This document shows positions 18,949 through 28,402 of a DNA stretch of 64,000 bases, one piece after another. How positions within the stretch are numbered: position 1 is the first letter of the stretch; each line of letters begins with the position of its first letter. A model generated the notes under the pieces. That model saw only the letters and a program-made list of their open reading frames with translations. It made no database searches and was not told the origin of the DNA. Source of the stretch: a virus; IMG/VR virus record IMGVR_UViG_3300045919_000302, positions 85,292 through 149,291 of that record; one strand, given 5' to 3'. Made by a program: the position numbers and the translations under genes.

Positions 18949-19523
18949 TTTCCACCTCTGATGATTTCGATGATTTGCGATTCGTGAACCGGTGCGAAGT
19001 CCCAGACATCCACTCCGACGTTAATCCACTTATCTTTTGTCTTCCACTTCTCGTGGACGTGGCCGTGCAGAATCCAGCCTTCATCCTGAGGTCTAAACTC
19101 CTTGTATCTGACGTCGTAACCCTCAACTTCCACGAACGGCGGCATGTGATGCAAGAGGATAGGAACTCCGTCGATCTCGATCCGGGCTTCGAGCTGCACG
19201 GTCTTGAACACGGACAGATACAACTCCATCGCTTGGGCCATCTTGTTGGGCTTCGTTCGACAAGGATGGACCCAGTCGTGGTTGCCGGCGACCAGATGGA
19301 TCTCGCCATTCAGTCGCGGTCCAACCTCTGTGACCCAGTTCTTCCCGAGCGAGAAGTCGCCCAAGTACCAGACGAAGTCGCCTGGCTTCACCCGAGTGTT
19401 CCAGCGGTCAACCAGAATCGCATTCATCTCCTCTTTATCCAGAAATGGGCGATTGCAATACTTGATGACATTTTCGTGACCGAAAAGCTAATGATGGTCA
19501 GACGTGTAAAATCTGTTAACCAT
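18945..19523 (-). pseudogene. calcineurin-like metallophosphoesterase with in-frame TAG at codon 12 (pseudogene or recoded)
   Basis: MVNRFYTSDHH*LFGHENVIKYCNRPF...; downstream LGDF, GNHD, HMP, HGHVH, NVGVD intact. Confidence 0.75.
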
Positions 19524-22500
19524 CGAGCACCTCGCCTTCTACATGTCCGACATGCTTTTTGAGTTGGTCGTTGGTTTTCTCGGTTCCCCAGTCCTTCTGG
19601 AGATCATCAAGGCCGATGCCCTTCTCCATCCACGCCTGCTCTTCGGCGGTGAGCTTCTTGCCTTCAAGCACCTTACGGGCCAACTCAGCCTTCTTTTTAA
19701 GGATCCCGATGACTTTGGAGTCCCAACGATTGCCAGCAGCCTTGATCCAGTAGACGTTCACCATGTTCTTCTGACCGATACGGTGTGCTCGTGCAGTGGC
19801 CTGGGCTTCATCGGCAGTATTCCACGGCAGGTCGTTGAAGATCACCTTGTCCGCCCGGGTCAGGGTTGCTCCGACCGCGAGGGATTGACGGGTGGTGCAG
19901 AACACCCGCTTGTCGGTTCCTTCGCGCTGGAACTCGGCCTTGGCCGCTTCGCGGACTTCGTCAGAAAGCTGGCCGTGATGGAGCAGGGAAAGGTCGCCCA
20001 TGGCTTCGTGGATCTGTTTGGCAACTTCGACCGAGTCCGAGAATACGAGCATGCTTGAGTCGGAGGATTCGAGCATCTCCTTGATGAACTCGATCGTCGC
20101 TCCGGCCTTGTCGATGGCGATGTCGCTCTTCATCCGGGCGATGTCTTCGAAGTCGATCTTGCCGTCTTCCGGGATGTCGCGGCAGCCTTCGACTTCGAGT
20201 TCGATGATCGAAGTGAGCTTCTCCGGGAGATCCTTCAGGACTTGGGCCTTGGAGGCGGTCTTGTAGAACTCCTGGATCTTGTGCCAGGTGCCGCCGATGG
20301 TCGCCATCTTGAGCGCGGTCTTGGACTCGAAGAAGCCGGGGCGGATCAGCTCCACCTGGGTGAAGAGTTCGTCCTTCTTGTTCTTGATCGCGGTGCCCGA
20401 GAGGAGGATCTTGTGGGCGAAGAGTGAGGAGACCGAGTGGACGGATTTGGTGATCTTGGCCTTCGGGTTCTTGATCGAGTGACTATTGTGAACCAGTGCT
20501 CCGTTTACAGAGAACGAAGGGTGGCCAGACACTTTGAGATCGTAGTAAAAACCCTGCTCGTTTCCTGGGTAACCTCCAGATTCGTGAACCGTAACACCGT
20601 CCACCCTAATTCCTTTAACTTCAGATCTTTTTTCTTGTCCTGCTCTCTCCGAGACAAGTGCGACAAGCCGTCCACTTCTACGCACAGCCGGTCCGAGACC
20701 AGCGCAAGATCCACTTTGTAGTTCGTTGGATATCCCGGAAATCTCCCACCCAAAGACACCGCGTGATTCCATTTCCACGAACGACCGAGGCGTGACAACA
20801 ACAATCTCTCCGGTTTCGTCGGCCCGTGGCCGTTCCCGCCCCGAACTGTTGGCTTCCATCCTATTCGTTTCAGAGTCGCCGAGACTTTGGATCGCGTGGC
20901 TGCTGAATGCATGGGATTCTTCAGTCTCATGCGAATAGCCGAATCCGGCCTCGCCTTCCCGGTTAGCGAGTTGCTTATTTTTAAAGCTGTCTTCTTCGTG
21001 TAAACCTTTGCTCGAATAGCAGGTTGCCTCATTCTCCATTTCGCAGAGCAGGAGGTTCCGCAAAAACGCTGCTTTCTGTACTGGTTTGGCAGGAAACTCT
21101 TCGCGCAATAACTGCACGGCTTCTTCTTGGCTGACAAGGGTGTCTCCTTCTTTTAGGTTTTCAGCAAACACCCACCCACGACTTGTAAGGAAAGGATGAT
21201 GCGATGAACATGTGACCGTTTGTCCACCGTATCTTAATTCAGTGCGGCTGTCCAATATCTGCGTCCTCTTGGTTCCGAGAACAGTAGATGTACCGGCAGC
21301 CGAATAGACCTCATCACCGACTTTTATTTGATCAATCCGCACCGGCCCACTTGGGGTATCAATAAGGGTCTCAGGTCCAAAGCACTCGTCGATCACCATC
21401 ACGTCGAAACCGGCGGCCTGGATCGCGGGGAGGAACTTCTCGAAGCTCGCGAAGTTGACGCTGGCGATTTGAACCTGGGAGAGATCCGGCATCCCGTTCT
21501 TCTTGAGCGACTTCGGGGTCAGCTCAATGCAGCGGGTGAAGTAGCCCGGGAAGAACTTCTTGGCTTCCTGGATCCAGGTCCGGCGAACCACCTTGGGGCA
21601 GACCACCAGGATCCGCTTGTTGTTCATCGCGGCGTAGCAGAGGGAGATGAGGGTCTTACCGAGGCCCATCTCAGCGCCGATCAGGGCGTTGCCGTTGGCG
21701 ACATTCAGGAAGCGGACGAAGTCGTTCTGGAAGGGGAACGGGACGATCTCGGGATTGATCATCGCCATCAGCTCCGGGATCGGGGCTTCGGCGGCGGCCT
21801 TCTTCATGTCGCGCTCGACCTGGGCTTCTTCGATACCCTGGAAGAAAAACTTCCAGCTCGGGAGCAACTCGCGGGCCTTGGTGATCGCTTCGAGGGCGAG
21901 ATCGAGGTTGTTGGTCAGACGGGCCCAGTCGGAGACCCGGCACTCGACGATCCCGGAGAGCTGGCTCGTTTTGTTTGAGAAGAGGCCATTCAGAACGGTG
22001 GAGAACGAGAACCGGAACTCGAACATGTCGCCCACCTTGCGGCAGATGAAGGCGTTGTTGATCCGCTTCTGGTCGAGGAGGGAGAGAGCCTTCTCCAGAG
22101 TGAGTTCGGCCTCCGGGGTCTTCTCAAACACCGGCACCGGGTTCACGGTGAAGCCCAGGGCCTCTAACTCGGCCTTGTAGCCGGCGAAGTCGAATGAGTC
22201 GATGTTCCTGCCCGGAACGTAGTTACGATCGAGGCCCCGGTCCCACCAAAGGCCGAACTTCTGGTTGACCCGGATGTACCGACGGCGCACCAGGGTGGGG
22301 ATCGAGCCTTCGTGAGACATGAGAAGGGCCGCACCCCAGCGGGCGTCAAGCACCTGGAGGACTGGGGTGATCGTCGGGAGCTTGATCTCAACCTTGACTT
22401 CAACCCGGAAGCTCTGGGGGTAGTTCTGCTCGACCGCTTCGCGGCCTTCTTCGCCGAACTGGCCGAGCTGGGTCTTGAGGTACTTCTTGAGGACGTGGGC

Positions 22501-22650
22501 CATCTCGGTGGCATCGCCCCGGACACCCGGCCAGCTGATCCAGTCAGGTTGATTGAAGCCGACCTCGTTCCGCTCCTTGACTTCGTCGATTCCAAACAGG
22601 AAGTCGCCCATGTGGCAGAGAAGCTGAGCTTGAATCAAGAATTTTTCCAT
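19516..22650 (-). CDS. SNF2/SWI2-family (HARP-like) helicase containing an intein
   Basis: AEMGLGKT, VIDE/SH, LSGTAIKN, GATLTRA, QATARAHRIGQ. Confidence 0.92.
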   Translation of the reverse strand: MEKFLIQAQLLCHMGDFLFGIDEVKERNEVGFNQPDWISWPGVRGDATEMAHVLKKYLKTQLGQFGEEGREAVEQNYPQSFRVEVKVEIKLPTITPVLQVLDARWGAALLMSHEGSIPTLVRRRYIRVNQKFGLWWDRGLDRNYVPGRNIDSFDFAGYKAELEALGFTVNPVPVFEKTPEAELTLEKALSLLDQKRINNAFICRKVGDMFEFRFSFSTVLNGLFSNKTSQLSGIVECRVSDWARLTNNLDLALEAITKARELLPSWKFFFQGIEEAQVERDMKKAAAEAPIPELMAMINPEIVPFPFQNDFVRFLNVANGNALIGAEMGLGKTLISLCYAAMNNKRILVVCPKVVRRTWIQEAKKFFPGYFTRCIELTPKSLKKNGMPDLSQVQIASVNFASFEKFLPAIQAAGFDVMVIDECFGPETLIDTPSGPVRIDQIKVGDEVYSAAGTSTVLGTKRTQILDSRTELRYGGQTVTCSSHHPFLTSRGWVFAENLKEGDTLVSQEEAVQLLREEFPAKPVQKAAFLRNLLLCEMENEATCYSSKGLHEEDSFKNKQLANREGEAGFGYSHETEESHAFSSHAIQSLGDSETNRMEANSSGRERPRADETGEIVVVTPRSFVEMESRGVFGWEISGISNELQSGSCAGLGPAVRRSGRLVALVSERAGQEKRSEVKGIRVDGVTVHESGGYPGNEQGFYYDLKVSGHPSFSVNGALVHNSHSIKNPKAKITKSVHSVSSLFAHKILLSGTAIKNKKDELFTQVELIRPGFFESKTALKMATIGGTWHKIQEFYKTASKAQVLKDLPEKLTSIIELEVEGCRDIPEDGKIDFEDIARMKSDIAIDKAGATIEFIKEMLESSDSSMLVFSDSVEVAKQIHEAMGDLSLLHHGQLSDEVREAAKAEFQREGTDKRVFCTTRQSLAVGATLTRADKVIFNDLPWNTADEAQATARAHRIGQKNMVNVYWIKAAGNRWDSKVIGILKKKAELARKVLEGKKLTAEEQAWMEKGIGLDDLQKDWGTEKTNDQLKKHVGHVEGEVLDG
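20485..21384 (-). mobile_element. intein (300 aa) in Walker B (DE|SH), no in-frame endonuclease
   Basis: CFGPETLIDTPSG...HHPFLTSRGWVFAENLKEGD...YYDLKVSGHPSFSVNGALVHN followed by Ser. Confidence 0.92.
20505..21137 (-). CDS. Vsr/DUF559-type endonuclease in +1 frame inside the intein
   Basis: CxxC...CxxxC, basic middle region, YKVDLAL...CVEVDGLSH...DKKKDLKLKELGWTVLRFTN; GAAGGAG SD 6 nt before TTG. Confidence 0.85.
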   Translation of the reverse strand: MSAKKKPCSYCAKSFLPNQYRKQRFCGTSCSAKWRMRQPAIRAKVYTKKTALKISNSLTGKARPDSAIRMRLKNPMHSAATRSKVSATLKRIGWKPTVRGGNGHGPTKPERLLLSRLGRSWKWNHAVSLGGRFPGYPTNYKVDLALVSDRLCVEVDGLSHLSRREQDKKKDLKLKELGWTVLRFTNLEVTQETSRVFTTISKCLATLRSL

Positions 22651-22668
22651 TTCGAACCTCTTGAATAC

Positions 22669-22704
22669 AGCTTATCTGTTTTGTAATCAATCGTAAACTG
22701 TGTC
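22669..22704 (-). promoter_or_regulatory. sigma70-like promoter of helicase/replication operon
   Basis: TTTACG-ATTGATTACAAAACAGA(17)-TAAGCT; 22/23 identity with 33396-33418. Confidence 0.7.
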
Positions 22705-22966
22705 ACCCTTGACCCTTGCTATTGATTTTCTTCAGATCCTTGACCAGGCGTTTCATCTCACGAATTGTTTCCTTGGCATGCAGAAGGAGGTTTTCAAGCT
22801 GCTTGGCTGAGTAGGTGCGACCCCTCCAGGTGCCCTTGGCCCCGACGACCTTCTTCCGCCAGCGGTAATAAGTTGCCCTGGAGATCCCGACACGCCGAAG
22901 GGCCGCTCGCTCTGGTATCCCTCGACTGACCAAGTTGCCCACCATCAGGACTTCCGTTTTCCTCAC
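22703..22966 (-). CDS. helix-turn-helix protein
   Basis: AALRRVGISRATYYRWRK. Confidence 0.7.
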   Translation of the reverse strand: MRKTEVLMVGNLVSRGIPERAALRRVGISRATYYRWRKKVVGAKGTWRGRTYSAKQLENLLLHAKETIREMKRLVKDLKKINSKGQG

Positions 22967-23304
22967 GGGATCTTCACCTTGACGCCGATAGACTTCAGGG
23001 CTTTGATGCGGTCAAGGACATGCTTTTTTGTACATTGGATAGACTCGTTGACGCTCTCCTTGGCCTCCCTGACGACCGCACCCTTTGTCGAGAGTCCGAA
23101 GGTGTTTCCGGATGCAACCGGACCCTCAAAGACGGCGCGGTAATAGACCCGCTTCACTTTTTTTGAGAACTTAATCTCCTCAACGGTGTCGCGATAAACC
23201 GCTATCTTGTGCCCCCGATGGGATACAAAGATAAGGCATCGCTTCTCTCTAATTCCGATAACGTGATCATCCGAAATTACGTCTTTCATTTTTCTCATGG
23301 TCAT
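22963..23304 (-). CDS. hypothetical protein
   Basis: Coupled ORF. Confidence 0.6.
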   Translation of the reverse strand: MTMRKMKDVISDDHVIGIREKRCLIFVSHRGHKIAVYRDTVEEIKFSKKVKRVYYRAVFEGPVASGNTFGLSTKGAVVREAKESVNESIQCTKKHVLDRIKALKSIGVKVKIP

Positions 23305-23498
23305 TCCTTTCTATATTTCTTCAGCTCTGCGCTCAGTTCGCAAAGCTTCTCGTAGGTTCTGGAGATCTCAAGCACAAGCTCGTCTGGAACCTCGATACCG
23401 TCTTCTTCAAGAACGTCCTCTCCAAACCACTCCTTCGCCTCCTCCGGAAGGCGTGCCAGTGTCAGCAGGGGGTCGTGAGTGTAGATAAGAACCCTCAT
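23301..23498 (-). CDS. small acidic protein (65 aa)
   Basis: MRVLIYTHD...; ATGA overlap, GAGGA SD. Confidence 0.6.
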   Translation of the reverse strand: MRVLIYTHDPLLTLARLPEEAKEWFGEDVLEEDGIEVPDELVLEISRTYEKLCELSAELKKYRKE

Positions 23499-24415
23499 TT
23501 CCTCTCTCCCTTTTCGATCCCAACATCTTTGATCCCGAAAATGTTGGCTGCACAATCGCAACCAAGCCACATAGAGATCAGCTTCCCACTCTTCTTGTCC
23601 TTGGCTTCGATCGGAACGAACCGGCCAGAAGGAATGTGCTTGCCGCAAGCCTGGCACCCAGAGACGAACCGGCTCTGGTTGTGGACGATCCCTTTGGACC
23701 ACGCGACGATATAGTAGGTCTCCATGAGGCGCTTGCCGTCCGCACCGAAGGCCGGAACGAGCTTGTCGTTGATCTCCTGGGTCAGAACCAACCCGGTCCA
23801 GGGGTCTTTTCGCTCCGGGACCACCGGCACTTTCTTCTTCGTCCACTTGAAGGCTGGGCGCTGGCGGGGCTCGATCTTCGCCATCTTGATACTCGGGAGA
23901 TCCAGGTCCAGGTTGCACTCAGTCAGGGTCTTTGTGACCTTCGGGCTGAGCCCGATCGGAGTAATCCTGGGGAGCGGGCGGGCGTCGTTCAGAAGCTCAA
24001 CGGCCGCGTCCTTCTCCGCGCAGAGAGCGAGCCAGGCTTTGATCTGCTCGTCAGTCGGCTTGTACTCGATGGACTGGCCCTTTCTCCCGATCACACGCTC
24101 GCGCATCACGGGGATGACCTTGTCGAGGTTGGAGGCTTTCCCGTAGCGGGCGCTGCCGTAGCTCAAAGCCATGGTCAGGGCGTTCATGTCATCGCGGTGC
24201 TTGTCCTTGGCGGTAAAATGGGCCTCCTTCAGTCGAAGGTACCCGGCCAGGCCCTGGTAGAAGCCGGAGCTTGCCTTAACGGATCCTCGGGGCGTCCAAG
24301 CGCCCTGAGCCAGGGACTCGTTGAGGATGGCCACGCTCGCGTTGAACTTCGCGAGCCTTGCGCCGCTCATCGCGGACTGAACGATCGACACTAATTTTGG
24401 ATTCAAGTTCTTCAC
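23495..24415 (-). CDS. hypothetical protein with C-terminal Cys motif
   Basis: CQACGK...GCDCA; GAGGAG SD. Confidence 0.75.
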   Translation of the reverse strand: MKNLNPKLVSIVQSAMSGARLAKFNASVAILNESLAQGAWTPRGSVKASSGFYQGLAGYLRLKEAHFTAKDKHRDDMNALTMALSYGSARYGKASNLDKVIPVMRERVIGRKGQSIEYKPTDEQIKAWLALCAEKDAAVELLNDARPLPRITPIGLSPKVTKTLTECNLDLDLPSIKMAKIEPRQRPAFKWTKKKVPVVPERKDPWTGLVLTQEINDKLVPAFGADGKRLMETYYIVAWSKGIVHNQSRFVSGCQACGKHIPSGRFVPIEAKDKKSGKLISMWLGCDCAANIFGIKDVGIEKGERK

Positions 24416-24424
24416 AAGGTCTCC

Positions 24425-24910
24425 TCAGTCGATTTTTTTAGCGCTATAGTATCCGTAGGCGTCTTTCGCGAGCTTGAAGTTGCCCATCTCAGTGCGGACG
24501 ATCATGTCATCGTCAACCAGGGCCACGGCTTTCGGTGCTTCGTAGTGGTCGGTAAGACATGAGCCATGTTTACTGACACAGGCCGAATGCCCACGACCAT
24601 CCAGGTCGTCGCCAGACGGGGAGAAGAGCAGCGAGAGATCTTCGTAGCAGTCGAGCGAGCCTGACCGCGCCCGGATCGTTTGGCGGACTTTGATCTGGAA
24701 GCAGCAGAACGGGTTCGTATTCCCATACTGGACCTTCTCGCCATTCAAGGGCGTAGAGCTGAGACGAACCGTCTCTTGAACGAAGGAGACGACATCCGCC
24801 TCCCGCCCAGACCCCACAACATGTCCCTTCTCGTCGTAGACGGCATGGGTGATGTTTTTCGAGTTCTTCTCGGCCAAGGGTTTGATGGTCAGTTTCATAA
24901 AGGTCTCCAT
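24425..24910 (-). CDS. hypothetical protein
   Basis: 161 aa ORF directly after a promoter. Confidence 0.7.
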   Translation of the reverse strand: METFMKLTIKPLAEKNSKNITHAVYDEKGHVVGSGREADVVSFVQETVRLSSTPLNGEKVQYGNTNPFCCFQIKVRQTIRARSGSLDCYEDLSLLFSPSGDDLDGRGHSACVSKHGSCLTDHYEAPKAVALVDDDMIVRTEMGNFKLAKDAYGYYSAKKID

Positions 24911-24917
24911 GACTCAA

Positions 24918-24946
24918 AGCGTAACAACCCTGTAAGCGTTTGTCAA
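24918..24946 (-). promoter_or_regulatory. sigma70-like promoter
   Basis: TTGACA-AACGCTTACAGGGTTGT(17)-TACGCT. Confidence 0.7.
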
Positions 24947-24985
24947 CAGTCAGGGCAAAAAAATGGGCCACCCCTGTGTCAGAAC

Positions 24986-25762
24986 TTACCGTTCGCAGGT
25001 TAGGCAGTAGCGACTGCCTCTATAAATCCTAGTATTTTTTGGACTATACCTATGCCCGCGAGAGCAGTGGGTTTTCGCCTTATTGGAGAACAGTTTGGGC
25101 GAAAGAGCCCTGGATAAGGGCCAGCCTTTCGCTAGACGAGCCTCTATGGTCGCAGGCTTTAGCCCCAGCTTCCTGGCCCACTGAGAAACCGTGAGACGCT
25201 CACCATTGAATTCAATAAACACACTGGAGCGGCGATTATTTGCCTGCTCGATTGCGTCTGCCCATCGACAATTTCCAGGCTCATAGTTCCCGTTGTTTTC
25301 AATTCGCTCAATCGAATTTTTCCCAGCTGGCGGTTGGCCCATGTCCTCAAGAAACCGATCAAACTCCTGCCATCGCGAGCAGACAGCGATGCCTCTCGCT
25401 CCATGGCTTTGGTACCTATTGCTACCGGGGTTGAAGCAGCGCTGTAACATTGCCCTCCATGAGCGATAGGCCGGCGAGCGAGAAAGCATCTTCCTGGATC
25501 TATAAAGACAGCCGCAAGCAACGCGCTTGCCTCTCCTGGCATTCATCAGATTCGGGCGACCTTTAACCGTTTCAGATCCGCAGTCACAGCGGCACCGCCA
25601 ATAGGAGTTTGAATTTCTCGTTTCGACAAACTCAATGACTACGAGCTTGTCGAAACGAGAGCCAACAAGAGACCTATCTAAAGAGGGCGGTGAGCGCTCC
25701 GAGGAATGGTTTGTTTGATCCGACAGCTTGCTCATTGAAGTACCAATAAAAGAACCCACCAA
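24986..25762 (-). CDS. free-standing HNH homing endonuclease with C-terminal zinc finger
   Basis: [45 protein letters not shown]...CLTC; start uncertain. Confidence 0.88.
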   Translation of the reverse strand: MVGSFIGTSMSKLSDQTNHSSERSPPSLDRSLVGSRFDKLVVIEFVETRNSNSYWRCRCDCGSETVKGRPNLMNARRGKRVACGCLYRSRKMLSRSPAYRSWRAMLQRCFNPGSNRYQSHGARGIAVCSRWQEFDRFLEDMGQPPAGKNSIERIENNGNYEPGNCRWADAIEQANNRRSSVFIEFNGERLTVSQWARKLGLKPATIEARLAKGWPLSRALSPKLFSNKAKTHCSRGHRYSPKNTRIYRGSRYCLTCER

Positions 25763-26576
25763 AATAACGGGGGTTATTTACCTGAAGTGTAACATATTGA
25801 CGAGCGTAATCTGAGAGCTGCTGGGTTGTGCCGCTCTTCAGGCCAATTTCTCCAAAGCCAACCTTTGCATTGGGAAAGATTGAAGCCAGGCGATCAAAGG
25901 TCTGCTGCCATTCCGGCAGTGCCGGCTCTCGGCCGTTGCAATCTTGCGAATAGTAAGAAATCGTGGCCAGATCCGTACCCTGCTTGACTCGGTCTGCGAC
26001 ATAGGTCTGGATCCAGTCGAACATTGGGCCATGCGCGTCTTCGCATGTGTTGTTGTAATAAACAGTGGTCATGACAGGGATTCCACGAGCCTTGACCGCA
26101 TCGTAGCCAGCGGAGATCTTTGCGGCAACGTCGCTTGACGCACCAAGCCAATCGCCATTGATCTCGTTCCCAGACTCTAGCGCAATGACCTTCCCTTTGA
26201 AGGCATCGGCGTAGGCAGCCATCCGTGCTGCATACTGGGACGCCGAGAGCTTCTTGACCCCTTCCGAGTCCACCGGTTGACCAACAACGTCGGCCACGGC
26301 GGAAATTTGAACTACCGCATCCATGTAATCCGAAGGATTCATTCCCGGATCGAAGACAACTCGGACCATCGGCCGAACCGAAAAAGATCTCAATGCCGCA
26401 ACAACGCCGGCCAGATTCGTCGTATTGTCAACCGTGACGCCGTACCGTAATCCCGCCACCGGATTCGGCAGGGGACTGACGGAGACCTGAGGCTCGGGGG
26501 TCGGAAGTGGATCCGGTTTGTTCTGCGGACAGCCGGAAAAAACCAAGAGCGTGGCAATAAGTAGAAGTGTTTTCAT
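25674..26576 (-). CDS. lipoprotein with glycoside hydrolase-like (clan GH-A) domain
   Basis: Lipobox FSGC, Pro linker, ESGNEING and GFGEIG. Confidence 0.65.
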   Translation of the reverse strand: MKTLLLIATLLVFSGCPQNKPDPLPTPEPQVSVSPLPNPVAGLRYGVTVDNTTNLAGVVAALRSFSVRPMVRVVFDPGMNPSDYMDAVVQISAVADVVGQPVDSEGVKKLSASQYAARMAAYADAFKGKVIALESGNEINGDWLGASSDVAAKISAGYDAVKARGIPVMTTVYYNNTCEDAHGPMFDWIQTYVADRVKQGTDLATISYYSQDCNGREPALPEWQQTFDRLASIFPNAKVGFGEIGLKSGTTQQLSDYARQYVTLQVNNPRYFGGFFYWYFNEQAVGSNKPFLGALTALFR

Positions 26577-26591
26577 GTCCCCGACTCTATG

Positions 26592-26942
26592 TCACTCGAT
26601 CACGATCTTCCACTTGTTCTTGCGGAGGGTCTCGTAAAGGGCCTCCTCAAGCTTCAAGACCATGCTCTCCGGAAGTTTAATCTTGTACTCATGCGCCATG
26701 GCATGGAGCACCTCGTGAATCACTGTGCTCTCGGTGTTCTCGATGCCCTCGTCGAGCGAAACCTCGATCCTGGGGATGTCGTAGTAAGTGCAGCCGTACT
26801 CATCGGGCATTGTGGTCAGATAGGTGATGGGATAACTTTGCTCTTTCACCAGAACAGCGCTCGGGAGCTTCTTGAAGACCATAGCGTTTGCGTCCTCTCT
26901 CTGGAAAAGAATCAGGACAATGAGCCAAAGCATCTTCACCAA
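26592..26942 (-). CDS. HExxH zinc metallopeptidase-like protein
   Basis: TVIHEVLHA. Confidence 0.65.
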   Translation of the reverse strand: MVKMLWLIVLILFQREDANAMVFKKLPSAVLVKEQSYPITYLTTMPDEYGCTYYDIPRIEVSLDEGIENTESTVIHEVLHAMAHEYKIKLPESMVLKLEEALYETLRKNKWKIVIE

Positions 26943-28210
26943 ATGAGCTTGATCGCCTGTTCCGGTGTAGATGCTTCCATCTCAAATCCGTCGCAGAAGA
27001 TGGGCATCTGATGAGTGATCTCCCCGGCCTGGTTTACGATGAACAGGGCCTGCTTTGGGCGCTCGAACATGAAGTTCGAAATGAAGGCGTACTCGTCATA
27101 CCCCTTCATTGATCCGTTGATGATCAGCGACTCCGTCATAATGAGCTGGTGAAAGTGACCAACCATCATCAGATCGAATGGCCGTCGGACCGAGGCGTTT
27201 CGCTTCTGCTTTCGACTCATCCCGAGCATGAGCGGGCTGAAGATCCCGGAGATTCCATTCCCACCCCTGAACTGGTCGCCATGGGTCAAGAGGATAGTCT
27301 TCGAGTAGATTTGGAACTGGGCGTCGGCCCCGTCAGGAATCATGAACGCGACATTCTGATTGTCTCGGTAATGCCTGGCCAGAAACTGGTAGAGAACCCA
27401 CTCGTAGTTGTCGTAGACCTTATTTTTGGCCCGAGGCTTCTTGTGATGCCGACCGTGATTTCCGACGACCGCCGGAATGAAGACCTTTTTGAATCTCGAC
27501 AGAAGACGATCAATCACACCGATGAAGTGCCCGATCCAGAAGACAATCGACCGATTGATCGAGTCTTCATTCGTCTCGGCAAGTTCCTCGTGGATGTTTC
27601 CTGAAAAGATGTCGCCGCCCAGAGCTAGAACAATCCCAGGGTATCTCGGATTCTTCACGTGCTCAGTGAGGAGTGTAATCGCGGTATTGACCGTGTGGTG
27701 CAATCTCTCAACAGCGATCTGACGATTGTACTTATTCAGGTTCTGGATCTGCTCAGCGCATACCACCTCGTCCAAGTGCAGGTCCGAGAGAAAAAGGACT
27801 GGAACGCCGCTGGTCTCTGCATCCAAAATTTTAGGCTTGAGCCATTCCACCTTTCGATTCAGGTGCGCCTGACTGACGCCGTGAACCGTGTCACGGAGGG
27901 TCTTTGACGATACAGCTTCATCCTCGATGTCAGAGATGTGTTTATTGAGTCGTTTGATCTCATCCTTGTGTTCACTCAACCTCACGCGGAGATCGGCGAG
28001 GCTCTTGACCTCGGGGTCGTCGTACTTAAGAGCGCCAGAGGCGGAGAGCGATGCCGCCCATCCGCCAAATACTTTCCTTAGCTCCCACTCTTTGAATTTT
28101 CCAGAGGTGAGGTACTCATGCTTTTCGGGGACTCTTTTCAACTTGTCTGCGAGATCTTTGATGTCCTTCTTGATCAGGTCGGCCTTCGACATCTGCTTAG
28201 ACATGAACAA
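26936..28210 (-). CDS. metallophosphoesterase with N-terminal helical/coiled-coil region
   Basis: LSDLH, GGDIFSG, VGNHGR, THGD, GHFH, NGSMKGYDEY. Confidence 0.85.
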   Translation of the reverse strand: MFMSKQMSKADLIKKDIKDLADKLKRVPEKHEYLTSGKFKEWELRKVFGGWAASLSASGALKYDDPEVKSLADLRVRLSEHKDEIKRLNKHISDIEDEAVSSKTLRDTVHGVSQAHLNRKVEWLKPKILDAETSGVPVLFLSDLHLDEVVCAEQIQNLNKYNRQIAVERLHHTVNTAITLLTEHVKNPRYPGIVLALGGDIFSGNIHEELAETNEDSINRSIVFWIGHFIGVIDRLLSRFKKVFIPAVVGNHGRHHKKPRAKNKVYDNYEWVLYQFLARHYRDNQNVAFMIPDGADAQFQIYSKTILLTHGDQFRGGNGISGIFSPLMLGMSRKQKRNASVRRPFDLMMVGHFHQLIMTESLIINGSMKGYDEYAFISNFMFERPKQALFIVNQAGEITHQMPIFCDGFEMEASTPEQAIKLIW

Positions 28211-28291
28211 ACCGTCGCACCCCTGTTATCAACCAAACACAACAGGTGCCCCTTTGATTCAATTGTTCGCGTGTAAGAAAGAACTGTCGAG

Positions 28292-28325
28292 AAAAAAATG
28301 CCCCGGAGGACTATCCCCCAGGGCA
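28292..28325 (-). terminator. intrinsic terminator
   Basis: TGCCCTGGGGGA-TAG-TCCTCCGGGGCA then T7 on minus strand. Confidence 0.8.
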
Positions 28326-28402
28326 CCCTACCTGTTGCAGATCCAAGCCGTTTGCGAGAGCTTGAACATAAATAGTTTATATATAAAAACTAAAACTGCA
28401 AG

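Noticed and set aside
19488-19490. Genome-wide TAG reassignment
   Set aside because: TAG ends other genes normally (e.g. at 1598, 9072, 31517), and readthrough would leave two extra residues in the motif.
23499-23918. N-terminal extension of ORF 23301-23918 as a second overprinted gene
   Set aside because: No motifs; the internal ATG at 23498 has an SD and ATGA coupling.
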